A stretch of 62,226 nt of DNA, counting the filler, from Rhabdomonas costata (Eukaryota): the NCBI GenBank assembly GCA_019059605.1. It is 17 parts of 17 records of this genome, joined end to end, with 100 filler letters (N's around TTAATTAATTAA, not from the genome) between each part and the next. Parts side by side here need not be neighbours in the genome. Positions count along the whole stretch, not along the records: positions 1 to 3,566 come from JAHMHO010000718.1; positions 3,667 to 7,229 come from JAHMHO010000719.1; positions 7,330 to 10,894 come from JAHMHO010000720.1; positions 10,995 to 14,559 come from JAHMHO010000721.1; 13 more parts are not named here. One strand, given 5' to 3'. The position numbers were made by a program, and so were the translations under genes. The notes under the pieces are model-generated. The model was not told the DNA's origin, ran no database searches, and was given only the letters and a program-made list of their open reading frames with translations. Below, one piece after another: positions 1 to 12,630 of this stretch (its first letter is position 1; the number at the start of each line of letters is the position of its first letter).

Positions 1-1813
1 GTGGTGGGTGTGTTTGGGTGGGTGTTTCCCCACCTTTTACAGCTTCCGCTTTTTATTTGCCCATATTTGTTGATTGCGCGCCACTCCGCGCAAGCACTTC
101 CCGGTGGACTGATGTAATTCTCGTTATTCTGCCGTCTCAAGTTTGAAAAAACATCACCCGGTGAAAGTCACCGACTGGAAATCGAACCGACAAAACTGGC
201 TGCTTGCTCTTGTTTAGATGTAGAGCAATGTGAACATGAACACAAAACCTAAACGCAAATTGGATTGGAACCCGCGGCAATATTTGTCGGAAGCACTGAG
301 AATTTTCGCAATCGGACTCAGGTTTAGGGAGGGGAGCGAAAAGGCAGCAAGCGACCAAAAACCGTAGGACAACAAAAAGAAGCGGTGCGTCCATGCAACG
401 TCAATTCTAAGAGCACATCAACATTGCGCACTGCACATCTTACTTCGAAAAATGCACAAAGGTCAACTTCAAACACGCAAGCGCTTGGACACACACCTTC
501 GTTGTCCGCACGCTGTTGGAGCAAAAGTGCCCGCCATCCTTAGGGAGGTCGGAAAAGCACCTCGCGGTGACCTTTCGGGGAAACTCAGTGGACACTTTGC
601 AGAAGCTTGCCCTCGGAAGATACTTTCCCGTCATTGCACAGCAACACAACCCAAAAAATAAAACAGCAGCGAGCTGAGACAAGCAGCAGACTCGTGATCA
701 GAGAGGATTGCCTCATTGCGGCAAACGTAGGGAAGGGGGACTGCTCGAAAGAACCCCCAAGGCGTGTAGTGATGACGCAACACACAATACTCGCCTTTAT
801 CAGTACATCGCCCCCCAACGCAACTGCGCGAGCTGTGCCGTCTCACAGCGACAACATATCGCTTACTCCCCTACGAACGCAAGATCTCAACCTCTTCACA
901 CAGGCCTCCATAATCAGCTCAGTAAATCTGATCATATGACTCTCAGAACTTCACAACATGCTACATCTTGTTGTCTGCTGTCAGCTGCTGCCTCGTCCCG
1001 ATCCCCAACCCCGAGGGGTCTATAGCAATTTCTACCGTCGTCCAAAGGTGACTGGTGGCAAATCTTGCCGAGTCCGAATTTTGACATCAGTAACATTTGC
1101 TATTGGGAGGTCGAGGGAACCAACTCGGAGTCAATTTCCCGTCAGCCTTTACCCTTTCAACTCGCAAGTAAATCATTGCACTACTGACCCCACCCGTACA
1201 ACTCTGGATCGCAGCTCTCACCAAAATTTACGAATACTGAGCCATTACTGCAAACGGTTACGGACATTCCCAAACGAGTGAGCAAGCACTACATTGAGCT
1301 GCATCGCAGCGTCAGTATCCGGACAAAGTTTGCCGCCTTTCAGAAAGTGTAACCAAACAAACCGCCGAAACCCCAATATCGCGCTGAGCAAGCCGAGGCA
1401 TGGGGGGAACGACACCAGCGAACAACTGTACAAAACAACCCTGTGACACGGCGCAAGCACGAGAAAAAAGCCAAAATCTAAACTACACAGTGCCTGAGAC
1501 CTCTAACACTGGGGCGGTGGAGAAGAAGCTGTGGGTTGCTCCAAAACCGACCGTCCACAAACGCTCAGCTAAGCAATCGTAAATTCCAAAACGCAGCTGT
1601 GTTGAGAACACAAATGCAAAAAGACAAAGCTTCCCGTGTGAGCAAGGAAGCTCGAAGGCAACTGTTCGTGTTTCGCTTATGTGGTGTTCATTGAAGGCCT
1701 GAATGGAAAGAGGCTGGTGGGAGGCTTCCGCTCAAGACGCCAATCCTTCTGATGTTCAACCACTTTCCCCCGGAGAGCGAAGATCCAACCGCAGATTGCT
1801 TGCAACCCACCAC

Positions 1814-3211
1814 TCAAGTAGGGGTCTCCAGGCCAGTCAGCACCCCTGTCTTGTCCACAGTAACATTGGTGCATACAGTGACCTCAGTCCCAGGTCGGGC
1901 CTGGGCGATGCATTGGCGGATCCCCCCGTAGTGCACCGTCATGGGCATTCCGCCGTGGGTCATTCCTCCACCCAGCGTGGTATTTGACAAGTGATGCATC
2001 AGGAAAAGATGGAACTGGCCCCAGTCGTGGGCCGGTACAAGTTTGGTCAGGCGGCATCCGCTGCAGTTCCGGCCGAAGTTCCCGAACAGCATAAGGCTGC
2101 TCATGTACTCACGGTACTCGTGGCAGTGGATGTCCTTGTCGGTGACGGAGAGAAAGTGGCATCGCTGCTCAAGCGCCGAAAGTTGCTGCTGGGTTAGCAT
2201 GAAGTGGGACTGAGCGAGCGAGCGAGCGAGTAAGCGAAAAACAAAAAAGAAACAGAGAGGAGGAAAAATGAAGGTGGTGAGTTGAAGTGTTAAAGTTAGC
2301 GCCGAAAGCCTTTATTTGGGTTGGGTCTCAGAGCATGGGCTGTGGTCGATTGTCGAATATTTATCATGTGCTTGCCACACATCAGGGTCGTGAGGTGTTT
2401 TACTTTTCTGTTGGCTTGGACAAGATGATCGGTGTTGGCGCACCACTGCACTCTGCTCATGTGCACAAGACCTTTGACTGCTTGCATTATTTCTTCTTCA
2501 CATGTGGTCGGAAGCCAGCTCACAGTGGATCACAAAAACCACCACCGTCTACTGCATAACACCGGATGGGGAGGGTGGGGGCAAACCTGATGCGGGTTTA
2601 TGGGTTGAAAGTACCACCGCTCTCGTAGGCGCACCACCGTCACGGGCTGTCCCAGGAACGTCACGTACTCCACAATTGGGGCGGTCAGCACCCCTTTAAA
2701 GTACACATATCTTTGCATCCCAGGGAGGTAATCCCCGGGGAGAATTGCGGTCTCCCACAGAAACAGCAGGACGTGGGCCAAAGTCACCAGCTGACGAAAA
2801 ACATGGGCGAGGGGTGGCCCTTCACGCAAGAAGGAAGAACCGACCCGTTCGTAAGAGCACATTTGAACTTTCGGCAAAAGCAATTCACACATCCTTTCTG
2901 AAAATGGCAACAACACAGCACACAACTCATTCCACAGTCCTTCTTCCCGTCATTGGTTAGTTGAAGAAATCAGGTTTTGGTCGAGCCCTCAACCGTAAAC
3001 ATACCATGTCGTTCTCAGCGTAGATGAAGAAGTCAAACTTCCGCAGACTGTCCGCCATCATTTTGCGGGGAGCCCGCGAAAGCCCATATCCAATGGCCTT
3101 GGGAAACCGCTGCACCACGAAGTCCACCGAGCCGCCGCGGCCGCCCTCACCAACCCGCCGGCAGTGCAGCGCAGTGCGGATCTGGTGGGTCAGCGCGTGG
3201 TCAATCTCAAC
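1814..3211 (-). CDS. Orphan glycosyltransferase-like protein, 5'-partial; exons 3211-3005, 2790-2587, 2209-1814
   Basis: Three phase-0 GT-AG-joined exons give ...KFDFFIYAENDM|LVTLAHV...YLPGMQRY...YFQPINPHQ|SHFMLTQQQLSALEQRCHFL...CHEYREYMSSL...MHHLS. The FIYxExD motif recalls GT-A-like algal/protist proteins; function is inferred. Confidence 0.65.
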
Positions 3212-3566
3212 CTGACCCCCACCGCACCCCACACTCGGGAAGAAAGCACGGCAGCATCGAGCACACAGCTTTCATGCAGGAAACTCTCGTGGCCCGCGTA
3301 GGTGTACTAATGAACAACGTATGTCAGCATGTCAGACAACAAAGATAAAAAAAGATAAAAAAGCGACCCGGAGAGAGACGCCACCCCTATGATGGGTTCG
3401 CCATTTTGAAAAAAAAATTATTTCAGTCGTGTGTCCAATTTTTCAAGAAAACAATAATGAGCAGTTAGCGTTGCACAGTTGTTTAAAATCGCTACTTGAA
3501 AAAATTGAAAAATGTGGGAAATATTTGTTGTGATGACCACAAACAACACCAATCACACCTAACACA

Positions 3567-3666
3567 NNNNNNNNNNNNNNNNNNNNNNNNNNNNNNNNNN
3601 NNNNNNNNNNTTAATTAATTAANNNNNNNNNNNNNNNNNNNNNNNNNNNNNNNNNNNNNNNNNNNN
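3567..3666. other. Artificial contig-joining spacer (first of 16; others start at 7230, 10895, 14560, 18212, 21876, 25536, 29199, 32857, 36516, 40199, 43857, 47505, 51161, 54817, 58473)
   Basis: Identical N44-TTAATTAATTAA-N44 at every junction; flanking genes are unrelated and truncated. Confidence 0.99.
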
Positions 3667-4296
3667 TGTGTGGGTGTGCTGGCGACTTGCTGTCGACTTC
3701 ATTCTTCAATCTTTATTGGAGTTACGGTAAATGAAGTTGAGAAAAGATGTAGATCCTCACCCCTTGTTCCCTTTGTTTTAGAGTTTGAGTAAATTTTGTT
3801 GCTGCTTTGTTGCTGTCATTTGTTGTTGTGAGCGAACTTTGAATTTTTTGAGGTAATTTTGGTGGCTGCTTGAGTGGATGGACGTGAGCCGAAAATGGCA
3901 CACAAAAAGAAATTGGAAGGGTGGTGGTACCCGATGTGGTGGAGTTTGTGGAAGTGACTGGTGCCAGGACAAATCAGCAACCGAGCAGCCTGCACTCATG
4001 CTCATTCGCCTTGCCCAGAGCTTCAAAAAGGGGTCGATAAAGGAATTATGGCCTCCGGTGGTTTCGTAAACAACAATTCCCAGAATTGTTTAAAAGAAAA
4101 GCTTGACCTGCGTCACGGTTTTACAAGCTTGTGAAAAGTTCCAAGGGCCTGAAAGGCACTTTAGACGTTTTCAAGCAACACGGACAATGGTTTTAAAACT
4201 GGAAACTTGTTCCAAAAAAATGAGAAACATTGAGAATTGAGGATGAAGGTGAATTTTTTTGAAAAGGCGTCAAAAAACAGTCCGTCCTCAAGGTTA

Positions 4297-5422
4297 CCTG
4301 GACTGGGCTGCGGGACGAACCGAATCCAGGCTGCGGGAAGGCCTCACAGCGTTAGCTGACGTATCCGACGCGAACTCCGCCACAACTGAGGCAGAAGGAG
4401 CCTCATCCCGCGTGAGAGGCACGCCGCGAGGGATTTCAGGGAAGCTGCCTTTTTTTTGTAACGCCAAGAAGCGAAGAAGTGTCTCCCTTTAAGTGAAACC
4501 CGATAAACCCCAGCGGGCTAACATTTGGGAAATCTTTTGATGGAATTCCATTCTAAGTGACACGACCGCGTCACGACAGGGAAAAATATTGAAAGAAAAT
4601 TGCAAGGAGCGAAAAGCATTTCAGTTACATCTCTCTTAAACTGACCCTACCGGGAGCCGAAGGCACTCCAGAACTGGGGACCCCTGTAAGATAGGGCTTG
4701 CCCCGCACCACCGCCAATCTGTGTTGTAACCTCACTTGAAAAGCCTCCTCCAGCGCAGACACGGCCCCGCCCAGCAAATTCAGAGTCCCGGGCACGAGCA
4801 AGAGAAGTCCACGGCAGACATTTATGTTGCGTAGCTGCAGTTTTGCGCCAACTCGCAACCCACGCAGAGCCTCGCACGGGCGAAATTCCATGGCAAAGAG
4901 CCGCTGTCGGCCGTCAGTACAAGCCAATTTCAGGCACCGCTTGGGTGCTCCACCAAAACAGCCCTCAATTGCAATCCTCGAGGCACCATCTGAAACAAGC
5001 ACGCGTCGGAAACCCCCCGCCAAAAGATACCGCAATGAGTGCGACTCGGCAAGATTCAGACGGGATGGCGCCCATTAGGGTCCGAAATACCAGTTACGCC
5101 ATTTAACTCCGAAAGGAAACCGCCCGCAGGAGACAAGAAGCAAGGGGGTACCTAATGTGCTCTCACTGATGTCTGCAAAATCGTCAACTTGAAGTACAAT
5201 GGGGCCGTCGACAACGCCGTCCTGCATTTCCCCAACGGGCGTGTGAAGGACACCGAGACCAATAATGTTCAGGTCAGAATGGAGGAAATATTGCAAAACG
5301 TGACTCAAGACGGACTCGGGTGTGTTGCAGGGGGCTGCGGTGACCGCGTCACGGATCCACTCAGGTAACACTTTGATTCCCTGAGCTTGAAACTGGACAT
5401 TCACAAAAGCTTCCATGGACAT
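4297..5422 (-). CDS. RMI1: RecQ-mediated genome instability protein 1 (N-terminal helical + OB fold), 3'-partial; exons 5422-5152, 4989-~4651, ~4448-4297
   Basis: MSMEAF...LPEWI...QYFLHSDL...GPIVLQVDDFADISES, then KRCLKLACTDGRQRLFAMEFRPCEAL...GAKLQLRNINVCRGLLLLVPGTLNLLGGAVSALEE, the RMI1_N signature. Phase-consistent GT-AG introns; third exon tentative. Confidence 0.88.
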
Positions 5423-5779
5423 AGGGAAAACAAGGGGAAAGGAAAACAAGGAGGGGAAAAATGAAAATGCAGCAGGAAATATTCCTGCTGCAAATGTGAA
5501 AGCAAGTAATCCTGAGGTGTGGATGGAAACAGTTTGCGTCAAAAGTACGAGGGCCCACATTCAAGGAGCGATTAACTGAAGAAACAGAAGAGCACAGTCG
5601 AGTTCACCCTTCTCAGCTTCATTGGAGGTGGCAGTGATTGACCGTGCCCCAGTTCTTGTGAGTTTAAAAGTCTGTGTGTTAAGCCCTGTCCTATTTGAAA
5701 AAACAAAACCATGCACCCTTCCTGCCCCTGCTCGTGCAAAACAAAAACCCAGTGAACGCCTTTCGGCTGTGCGCTGCAC

Positions 5780-6480
5780 ATGTGTGTGCGTGCTCGCGTG
5801 CACGCCTAGGCGCCATGTGTGTGGATGGGCACGGCTCACACCCTCACCCCAATGCCCGTCGTGTCGTCCAGCACGAACACCAGCATCGTGAACGCGCCAA
5901 CACCAACAAGTGTGCAGAACAAGCAGCACAAGGACACCACAGCATACTGCGCGCCCTGTGTGTGACGGCGGCCCCCGTCGGTCGCCTCCCCGTGCACACG
6001 GGGAAACTCACCACACCCGGCCCGCTGAGGTCGTTCTCACCCAGGGGCCATCACCACAAAACGACCCGCAGTGGTCGTCGCCCGCCCGTCGCCATCGTTT
6101 CCAGAGGACTGGCCTGGCACCCACGCCCAAGTCCTCGGAGGGTTCTGCAACAAATAAAGGGGAGGACCATGGGAATGCCCGCTGCCCACTGGTTGCCAAC
6201 CTGGCATGCTACCCTGTCGAGAAGGCGCAGGCCTACGACATGAAGCACAAGACCACAGCGAAGGGGAACTCGACTTTAGTCATCTTCAGGCAACTTATGT
6301 CCCCAACCAGGTACCTGCTGGTCCCCATGTTCCACAGGGGAAGACCTGGTGTGGGGTGGGGCCAGACTTGCCTTCACCCTAACACCTAATCGAGACCAGC
6401 TGGTAGATCATGATATGGATTCGAGCCGATTTTGGCGCTTGACCGTATCCGTACCAGTGTTTTCCCTTCACACCCAGCTC
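5780..6480 (-). mobile_element. Dispersed non-autonomous retro-like repeat, copy 1
   Basis: Blocks ~5817-5950 and ~6283-6480 align with ~58674-58810 and ~58911-59089 on a different contig; on the minus strand it ends in an AC-rich tail. Confidence 0.7.
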
Positions 6481-8529
6481 AGTGTTTGAGTAAGTGTCCA
6501 ATTGCCTCTACTGGCAGATAGGAGGCTAGCGCTTCGCCCGCTCTTGTAATCCCCATTCAGGATTTTAGCAAGCTGGAGGCGGACCGGCTGGAGCTGGAGA
6601 TTGCACCGTCAGCCTTAGGGAAGGCGTCGAGCGGGCCGCCAGTGTGGTGCAGGTCAAGGCCACATTCCTGCAACCATTCCCGTCACGCCAACGAGATTTG
6701 ATGTCAGGTCGGAAGGATCATGGGTGCCAGCGACCGCCTGCACTGGCACAGAAAATCTGAACTGCCTCGTTTGGACCCTGCGCACTTCTCCCTGTTCGCC
6801 GTGACCCCTTTTCCGCGCCCTTGTAGGCATACAGTTTTTGTTGGTGTAGTGTTGATCCCTTGAGACCCAGGTGCATTCTTCTTTTTGCTCCCACGTCACT
6901 CGCTAGCAACGTGCAGTTGAGCGTCAATGATCAACCCATCAAACATCGGCAATCGCCACTGGGAGTGTGAAAATAGCGAGGTGCCCCGTCTCGGGCCTTG
7001 TCTTCAGCTCTTCGTGCTCAACCGCAGAAATCCCCTCCGTCCGTCAGTCACATGCCAAGAGACCTGCAGCCATCCGAAACATGAGTACAAACTTCTATTT
7101 TCCCCACCCGGGAAGGGGTGTGTGAATTTTTCCACTTGGAGAAGATTACCACCTTGGATTCTAAGTGACCCCCCCCCATTGAACCCGGTGCAAAATCTCT
7201 ATTGGAATCATGGAACGCGAAACCACACCNNNNNNNNNNNNNNNNNNNNNNNNNNNNNNNNNNNNNNNNNNNNTTAATTAATTAANNNNNNNNNNNNNNN
7301 NNNNNNNNNNNNNNNNNNNNNNNNNNNNNGGTGTTTGGTGCATCCACAACTGCTTCCATCTTCCATTCCACCGCTGAATTCAAATAAAAATTGTGCAGAG
7401 GGTAGAGGAAGATCTGTTTCCGGCAGATTGGACTGAAAATTTTTCGAGAAGACAGTGACAACGTGGAATGGAAGATGGAAGCAGTTGTGGATGCATGTAA
7501 CGCCCCCACCTCAGCTACCTCCCACGGCCGCTACTGCCGCAGACGGGCCCAGCAGACAAGTCTTTCTCACTTGGAGCAGCTCCTCCCCCCCTCAAAAAAA
7601 TGCAAATTCCCTTCACTTCGGGCAGCTACTAGTTATACGGATTTTGCCCGCCGTGCTGCAGTAATTTGTGCTAGGCACCCTCTCGAACACCGACGCACGC
7701 CCTCCTACATCTTGGATCAGTGCCTGCCAGCTGTGTTGGTTGTTTATCTCCTCTTGGAGAGCCGGTGGTATTGGAGCCCTCGTTTTGCGTGCCCTTCGGT
7801 GGGGGCCTCTCTGTTTCTTCTTATCCCTTGTCCCGATGACGATTGGGTTTGCGTGCGGCGTGCGTGAGTGAGTGTGTGTGAACTTGGACGTGGACGTGAC
7901 TTCGAAGTCGCTCTTGGTGCGTTCTTAACATTGGGGGTGGAAAGCAAAAAGGGACCGTGAAGTTTCCTGCCCGCTGGAGCAGTCCCCCTGCACAGCCATT
8001 TTCTTGGAGCCATCTGCTCAGCCCATTCAGATGCCAAAATCTGCCCACAAGGAGTTGTCATTCGAATTGACGGCGCTCTCTCAGTGCCGACTATTTTCTT
8101 GTGCACGGCCGCGAATCGTACCGGGGCCACTGTTTTGGCGTTCGACTTTGGGTCACTTTATCTGCGGTTGTTTGCGGGTGTTTGCGGTTGGAATGGGCCG
8201 CACCTTGCATTATGGGTGTAATCCATAGTAATGCGTGGGCACGATGGTAACCACTGGTTATCGTGATTCCTACCGCCCCGTCCATCAACAAGAGAGCATC
8301 GGATCTTTAGTACTCAACGCTATCTGGTGAGTTTTATTTCGTAGCATTTCAGTGCCTCTTTTTCTTCTCCGTGCAGTGCTTGGCCCGTTTGCTGGTAGCG
8401 TTTCTGCCGGTCTCACTCCATTCGCTTGAAAGGCGACGAGTGAAGTTGGACGTAGTGATAGAGAGACCGACTGTGTAGCACCACCAGGGAAAGGGGTGTG
8501 TCGCCGCAAACAGGGAGTGAGTTGCCGGT

Positions 8530-10334
8530 ATGGCGTCGAAGGCTGCGCAGAAAAAGGATTTGAACCGAATGGGGCACACCGAGGACGACTCGGCCGCGGG
8601 TGCCGGGGACAGCACCAAAGTGCAAGCGGTACGCGAGCAATGCCCTACCCTCACGCCCACCAACACCCAATCACATAGAGAAAGAAAAGTTGGGTGAATT
8701 ACATCCCGAAATCAGAATCAAGTATGTTACGAGTTACCCAATGAATCCTGGGAACTCTCCAAAATGCCGATGGGCTTGCATACGCGCCTGAGCCGTTTTT
8801 CCATTCTCTCTGTTCTCTCTGGCGTGGCCAGGGCTGAAAAGCATCGTCATCATCCTTGGTTCGAACTCCGCCTATGCGAGTATTTAGAAATGGCAACGAA
8901 TGAACCTTACCTGTAAAATGGCATACCCATGGCGGTAACTGGATCGTTTCATTTTATCCTGAGAAAGACTATAACCCGAGTCTCAAACTCGGAACGGATT
9001 CTAGGGTGAACTAATGCCTTCAGTGCAACCCAGGTGCCCTTAAGGCTTAATTCGAAAGCCCTACAAAAAAGCTATTTGATTACTCGCCTGGTGCTGGGGG
9101 GACAAGTGGTGTTAATTTTAGGTGTAGATCGGCTGGCGGAGCGGGCGACTGAGGCTGGCGAAAGTGCGGATGATGATTACAATTGCATATGGGATGCGCA
9201 TAATCGGATAATTGTTTCCACATAAGCCCTCTCGAACCACTGACACGTATGGTGGTGACTGCAGCTGCCCCGCTGCACGATTCGAATACTCTGGTTTGCT
9301 GTAGTACCAAATTGTCCGCGTCCCTGCATTCCGTGTTGCGTGGATCGGTGCCGCGGGCCATCACCGGATGTTCTTGCTGTGGCTCATAAAAGCTCCGTCT
9401 CCGTCTCCTCTCTTTTGCATGTTTCTTTTGCAGAATGTCGCACCATAAAAAAGATCTCTCGTAAACATGATCCAAGCTCCACGCGGCACCCCCACCCCCA
9501 CCACCACCCCACCTATTTCCCTTTTTTAGGCCTTCGGGGTCGCCGTGTTGGACGACGAGGTGGACGCCTCCAAATCCAAGTGTGTGTGTGGGGGGGGGGC
9601 AGTCGGAAGTGATAAACGAGAGGCCGCCAGCACGTTTTCTTGAGTTTTATCAAAACAGATGAGAGCTGCGAGGGGGTAAGTGATTGAATATTAACTGAAT
9701 GCCTACCTCCCGTTCCGAGCCAATGTGATGATCTGATGATCTGATATGTTTTCAAGTCTTCGGCTCATTTTTGGCCTCTCACGTATACTGTCGAATAAAG
9801 CGAAGTTTTATTTGGAGCGGGGAGATGGCTTTGGGTAGGAATGGTATGGTTGCCACTGTCGACCACTGAGGAAAACAATGTCTCATCCAGGTAATGGAAA
9901 GGTATTGGGGTGCACTTTGCTTCTCCGTTCTCGTCGCTTCACCGCCTCACCTGAACTGTACATTGCAAGAAATGTGCAAAAAAAATCGCGGCATATCTGA
10001 ATGCGGGTGCGAGGGGTGTCGCTAAAAAAAGAAGTCACGGAAACGCTTGTCCGTCTTGGTTTGCATGGCGGGATGGCGGAAGGAATTACATGTCGGATGG
10101 CATTCCGTCATGTATGAATGGATAAACACCAAAGTATTGCCTCCGCTTGTGTCCGTTGGTGTACTCTCTTTTATCCCTAGGGAGAAGGACCTCTCTCAGG
10201 TTAAGGTCAGCAAGGAGGACATCAAGCTGGTTTCGGAGCAGCTCGAGATCGAGCCCCGCGCCGCGGAGCGCGCCCTGAAGGAGCACAAGGGCGACATCAC
10301 CACCCCCCTCGTCGCCCTCGCCACCGCGCCGTGA
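8530..10334 (+). CDS. HYPK: Huntingtin-interacting protein K (NAC-alpha-like UBA domain), complete, 100 aa; exons 8530-8628, 9530-9579, 10181-10334
   Basis: Spliced product MASKAAQKKDLNRMG...KVQA|AFGVAVLDDEVDASKSK|EKDLSQVKVSKEDIKLVSEQLEIEPRAAERALKEHKGDITTPLVAL; phases 0 and 2 match; 303 nt including stop. Confidence 0.85.
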
Positions 10335-10994
10335 GAGTGGGGCGCACCTCAGCCTCTTCCTCCCTTGCCTGGCGGTGGAACCGGACTGTGCCATACCGCT
10401 GCCCCAGGCCTTTTCCACCGTGCGCTCTGTGGAACAGCATTATTCTGGGTTACGGGTGCCATTGACACAGCGCGTGTGAGTTTTCTGTGCAAAGTTGCTT
10501 CTTCGCTGTTCGCTGCGTGGGGTGGCATGGCCCCCCGCGCCGATACACCTCCACTCCACAATCCGAGTAGTGCTGCACGCCCGTCCCCCGCGTGAACGTG
10601 ACATACAGGCATGGATACTTCCCCAGACATCAGGACCTCTCTTGGTTTGTGTTCCTGATGGCCTTTCCCAATCCAGTCAATCGTTTGTTTACACACATTG
10701 CATATTTTTACTGATATCAACTTTCGAAACTTGTGTCATGTAGACTGTCTGCCTTCGGAGGTTGGTTCCTGTCCCTTGCTCCCCAAGATTGCCTTCCACC
10801 CCAAGATGGCAGACCAGGCCAAAGACCAATTTCCACCGCTCCGCTTCACTTCCTTCACTTCCTTCACTTCTCCCTCCTCTTCTCCCAACCCCCCNNNNNN
10901 NNNNNNNNNNNNNNNNNNNNNNNNNNNNNNNNNNNNNNTTAATTAATTAANNNNNNNNNNNNNNNNNNNNNNNNNNNNNNNNNNNNNNNNNNNN

Positions 10995-11200
10995 CTCTTC
11001 TTGACGTTCAGCTGCTGGCCGGTGAGCGAGACGTAGTCCATGGTGACCCGCCCAGCGTCCCGAACAGCTTCCCGGGTCCCCAGGGCGCTGGTGTCGTCGG
11101 CGTAGGCAGAGGGGATGGCCTTGGTCTCGGCGGAGATGGCCCGGGCCCACACCGACACCAGCAGGTTCAGCAGCACCACGCTGAGCGGGCAGCCCTGGAG
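10995..11200 (-). mobile_element. Non-LTR retrotransposon reverse transcriptase fragment (5'-truncated, runs off contig)
   Basis: LQGCPLSVVLLNLLVSVW...PSAYADDT...TGQQLNVKK matches the RT QGxPLS and YADD motifs; no stops; abrupt rise in GC-ending codons. Confidence 0.88.
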
Positions 11201-12630
11201 GAAGAAAGAAGACGGAGCCAGCGCCTGCACCCCTTCACCAATACAATTACCACGCACGCTTAAAGACACGAGGTTTGGGAAAGTAGACGAAGCTGCAAGT
11301 GCTTCCAGCCCTGCATCTCCAATCCTGTTTCCAGAAAAATCCAAAGACGTGAGGTTAGGGAAGAAAGTTGATGAGGCAAAAGCTTGCACTCCCTCAGCAT
11401 GGATCATGTTGCACCCAACATCCAGCAGTGTGAGTTTGGGAATAAAGCGAGATGTAGCAAAGCTCTGCATCCCAGGAGCCCCTATCCTGTTCCCACGAGC
11501 GACCAACGCAGTGAGGTTGGTGAAGAAGCGCGACTCCCCAAGCAAGCGCAGTCCTCCTGACGGGATAAGATTATTGCTGACATCCAGCGACACGAGGCTG
11601 GAGAAGAAGCGTGACGATGCCAACGCGTCCATACTCGTAAACGTAATCAGATTAGCCCTAACATCCAACGAAGTGAGGTTGCCAACGAAACTGAAGCCGC
11701 GAGCGCCCGCATCCCCTCCTCACGGATGTTGTCCCGCAGATTCAGGGACGTAACGTTGGCGAGGATAGGCAGCGTGGCAAGCGCTTGCATTCCCATGGCT
11801 TGGATATCGCAGTTAGGCACATTCAAAGCCGTGAAGCTGGGAAGCAAACAAGACCTAAGCAGCGCTTGAACCCCTCTGCCACCAATCGGGTTACGGAACA
11901 CCTCCAAGGACTGAAGGTTGGGGAAGGCAGACGAAGCCACGAGCGCCTGGATTCCCACAGTTCCGAACGAGTTGTCGCTCAGATTCAAGGAGGTGAGGTT
12001 GGGGAAGGCATGTGAAGTCGCAAGAGCTTGAAGACCCACGTCCCCAATTCGGTTCCAAATCCAAATTCAAATCCAACAAATCCAAGCTCTTGAGTTGGTG
12101 AAGAAAGCACTTGCAGCAAATGCTTGCACTCCCGCCGGCCCGATTTGGTTGTCCGCGGCACCCAAGCACGTGAGGTTGGAGAAGGAAGGGGAGCCCGCCA
12201 GCGCTTCCAATACTGCATCCCCACTTCGGTTGTGCGACACTTCCAAGGAAGTAAGGTTGGAAAAAGAGGCCTCGCAGAGTGTGCCCCAGCTTCTGGAACA
12301 TCGATGCAAAGCAAATTTTCCAGGAGGTTAATTCCTATAATTGAGACTTCCGCAGCCGAGCAACCCAGCCAGGTGTCATGCAAACGCACTTCCAAACCAT
12401 TTGTGAGGGTTTCTGGGATGCTGAGGATAACCTTCCACCCCGGGACGAAGAATGCGTCAATCAATGTTTGAAACTTGAGACACACCACTCGCAAGCTCAG
12501 ATGTTGTCTGAAGCCCAGATATCGAAAGGTGCACCCCAGGACATTCTCGGCGGAGAGGGCACTCTAGGGGCTTCCGCTCAGCTTATTTGAGTGTGAGCTT
12601 CCGCTCAGCTATTTCAGTGTGAGAAGCCAT
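11201..12630 (-). pseudogene. Frameshifted F-box/LRR paralogue of 37096-38886
   Basis: F-box-like LSAENVLGCTFRYLGFRQHLSLRVVCLKFQTLID...PGWKVILSIP, then 27-aa repeats (FPNLTSLD.S.N.IG..G.QALA.S) spread over several frames, with breaks near 12310, 12050-12085 (TTGGATT micro-duplications) and ~11700. Confidence 0.82.

Noticed and set aside
3611-3622. Regularly spaced TTAATTAATTAA as a biological repeat or array
   Set aside because: Always centred in 44+44 Ns; a synthetic six-frame-stop linker. Adjacency across linkers carries no meaning.
6395-6460. Functional tRNA gene
   Set aside because: B-box-like motif and a terminal 6-bp stem only; no full cloverleaf, and deleted in the second copy.
7339-7495. 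Perfect 33-bp inverted repeat (7339-7371 / 7463-7495)
   Set aside because: One arm directly adjoins the tailed contig end and the match is perfect; typical fold-back artefact.
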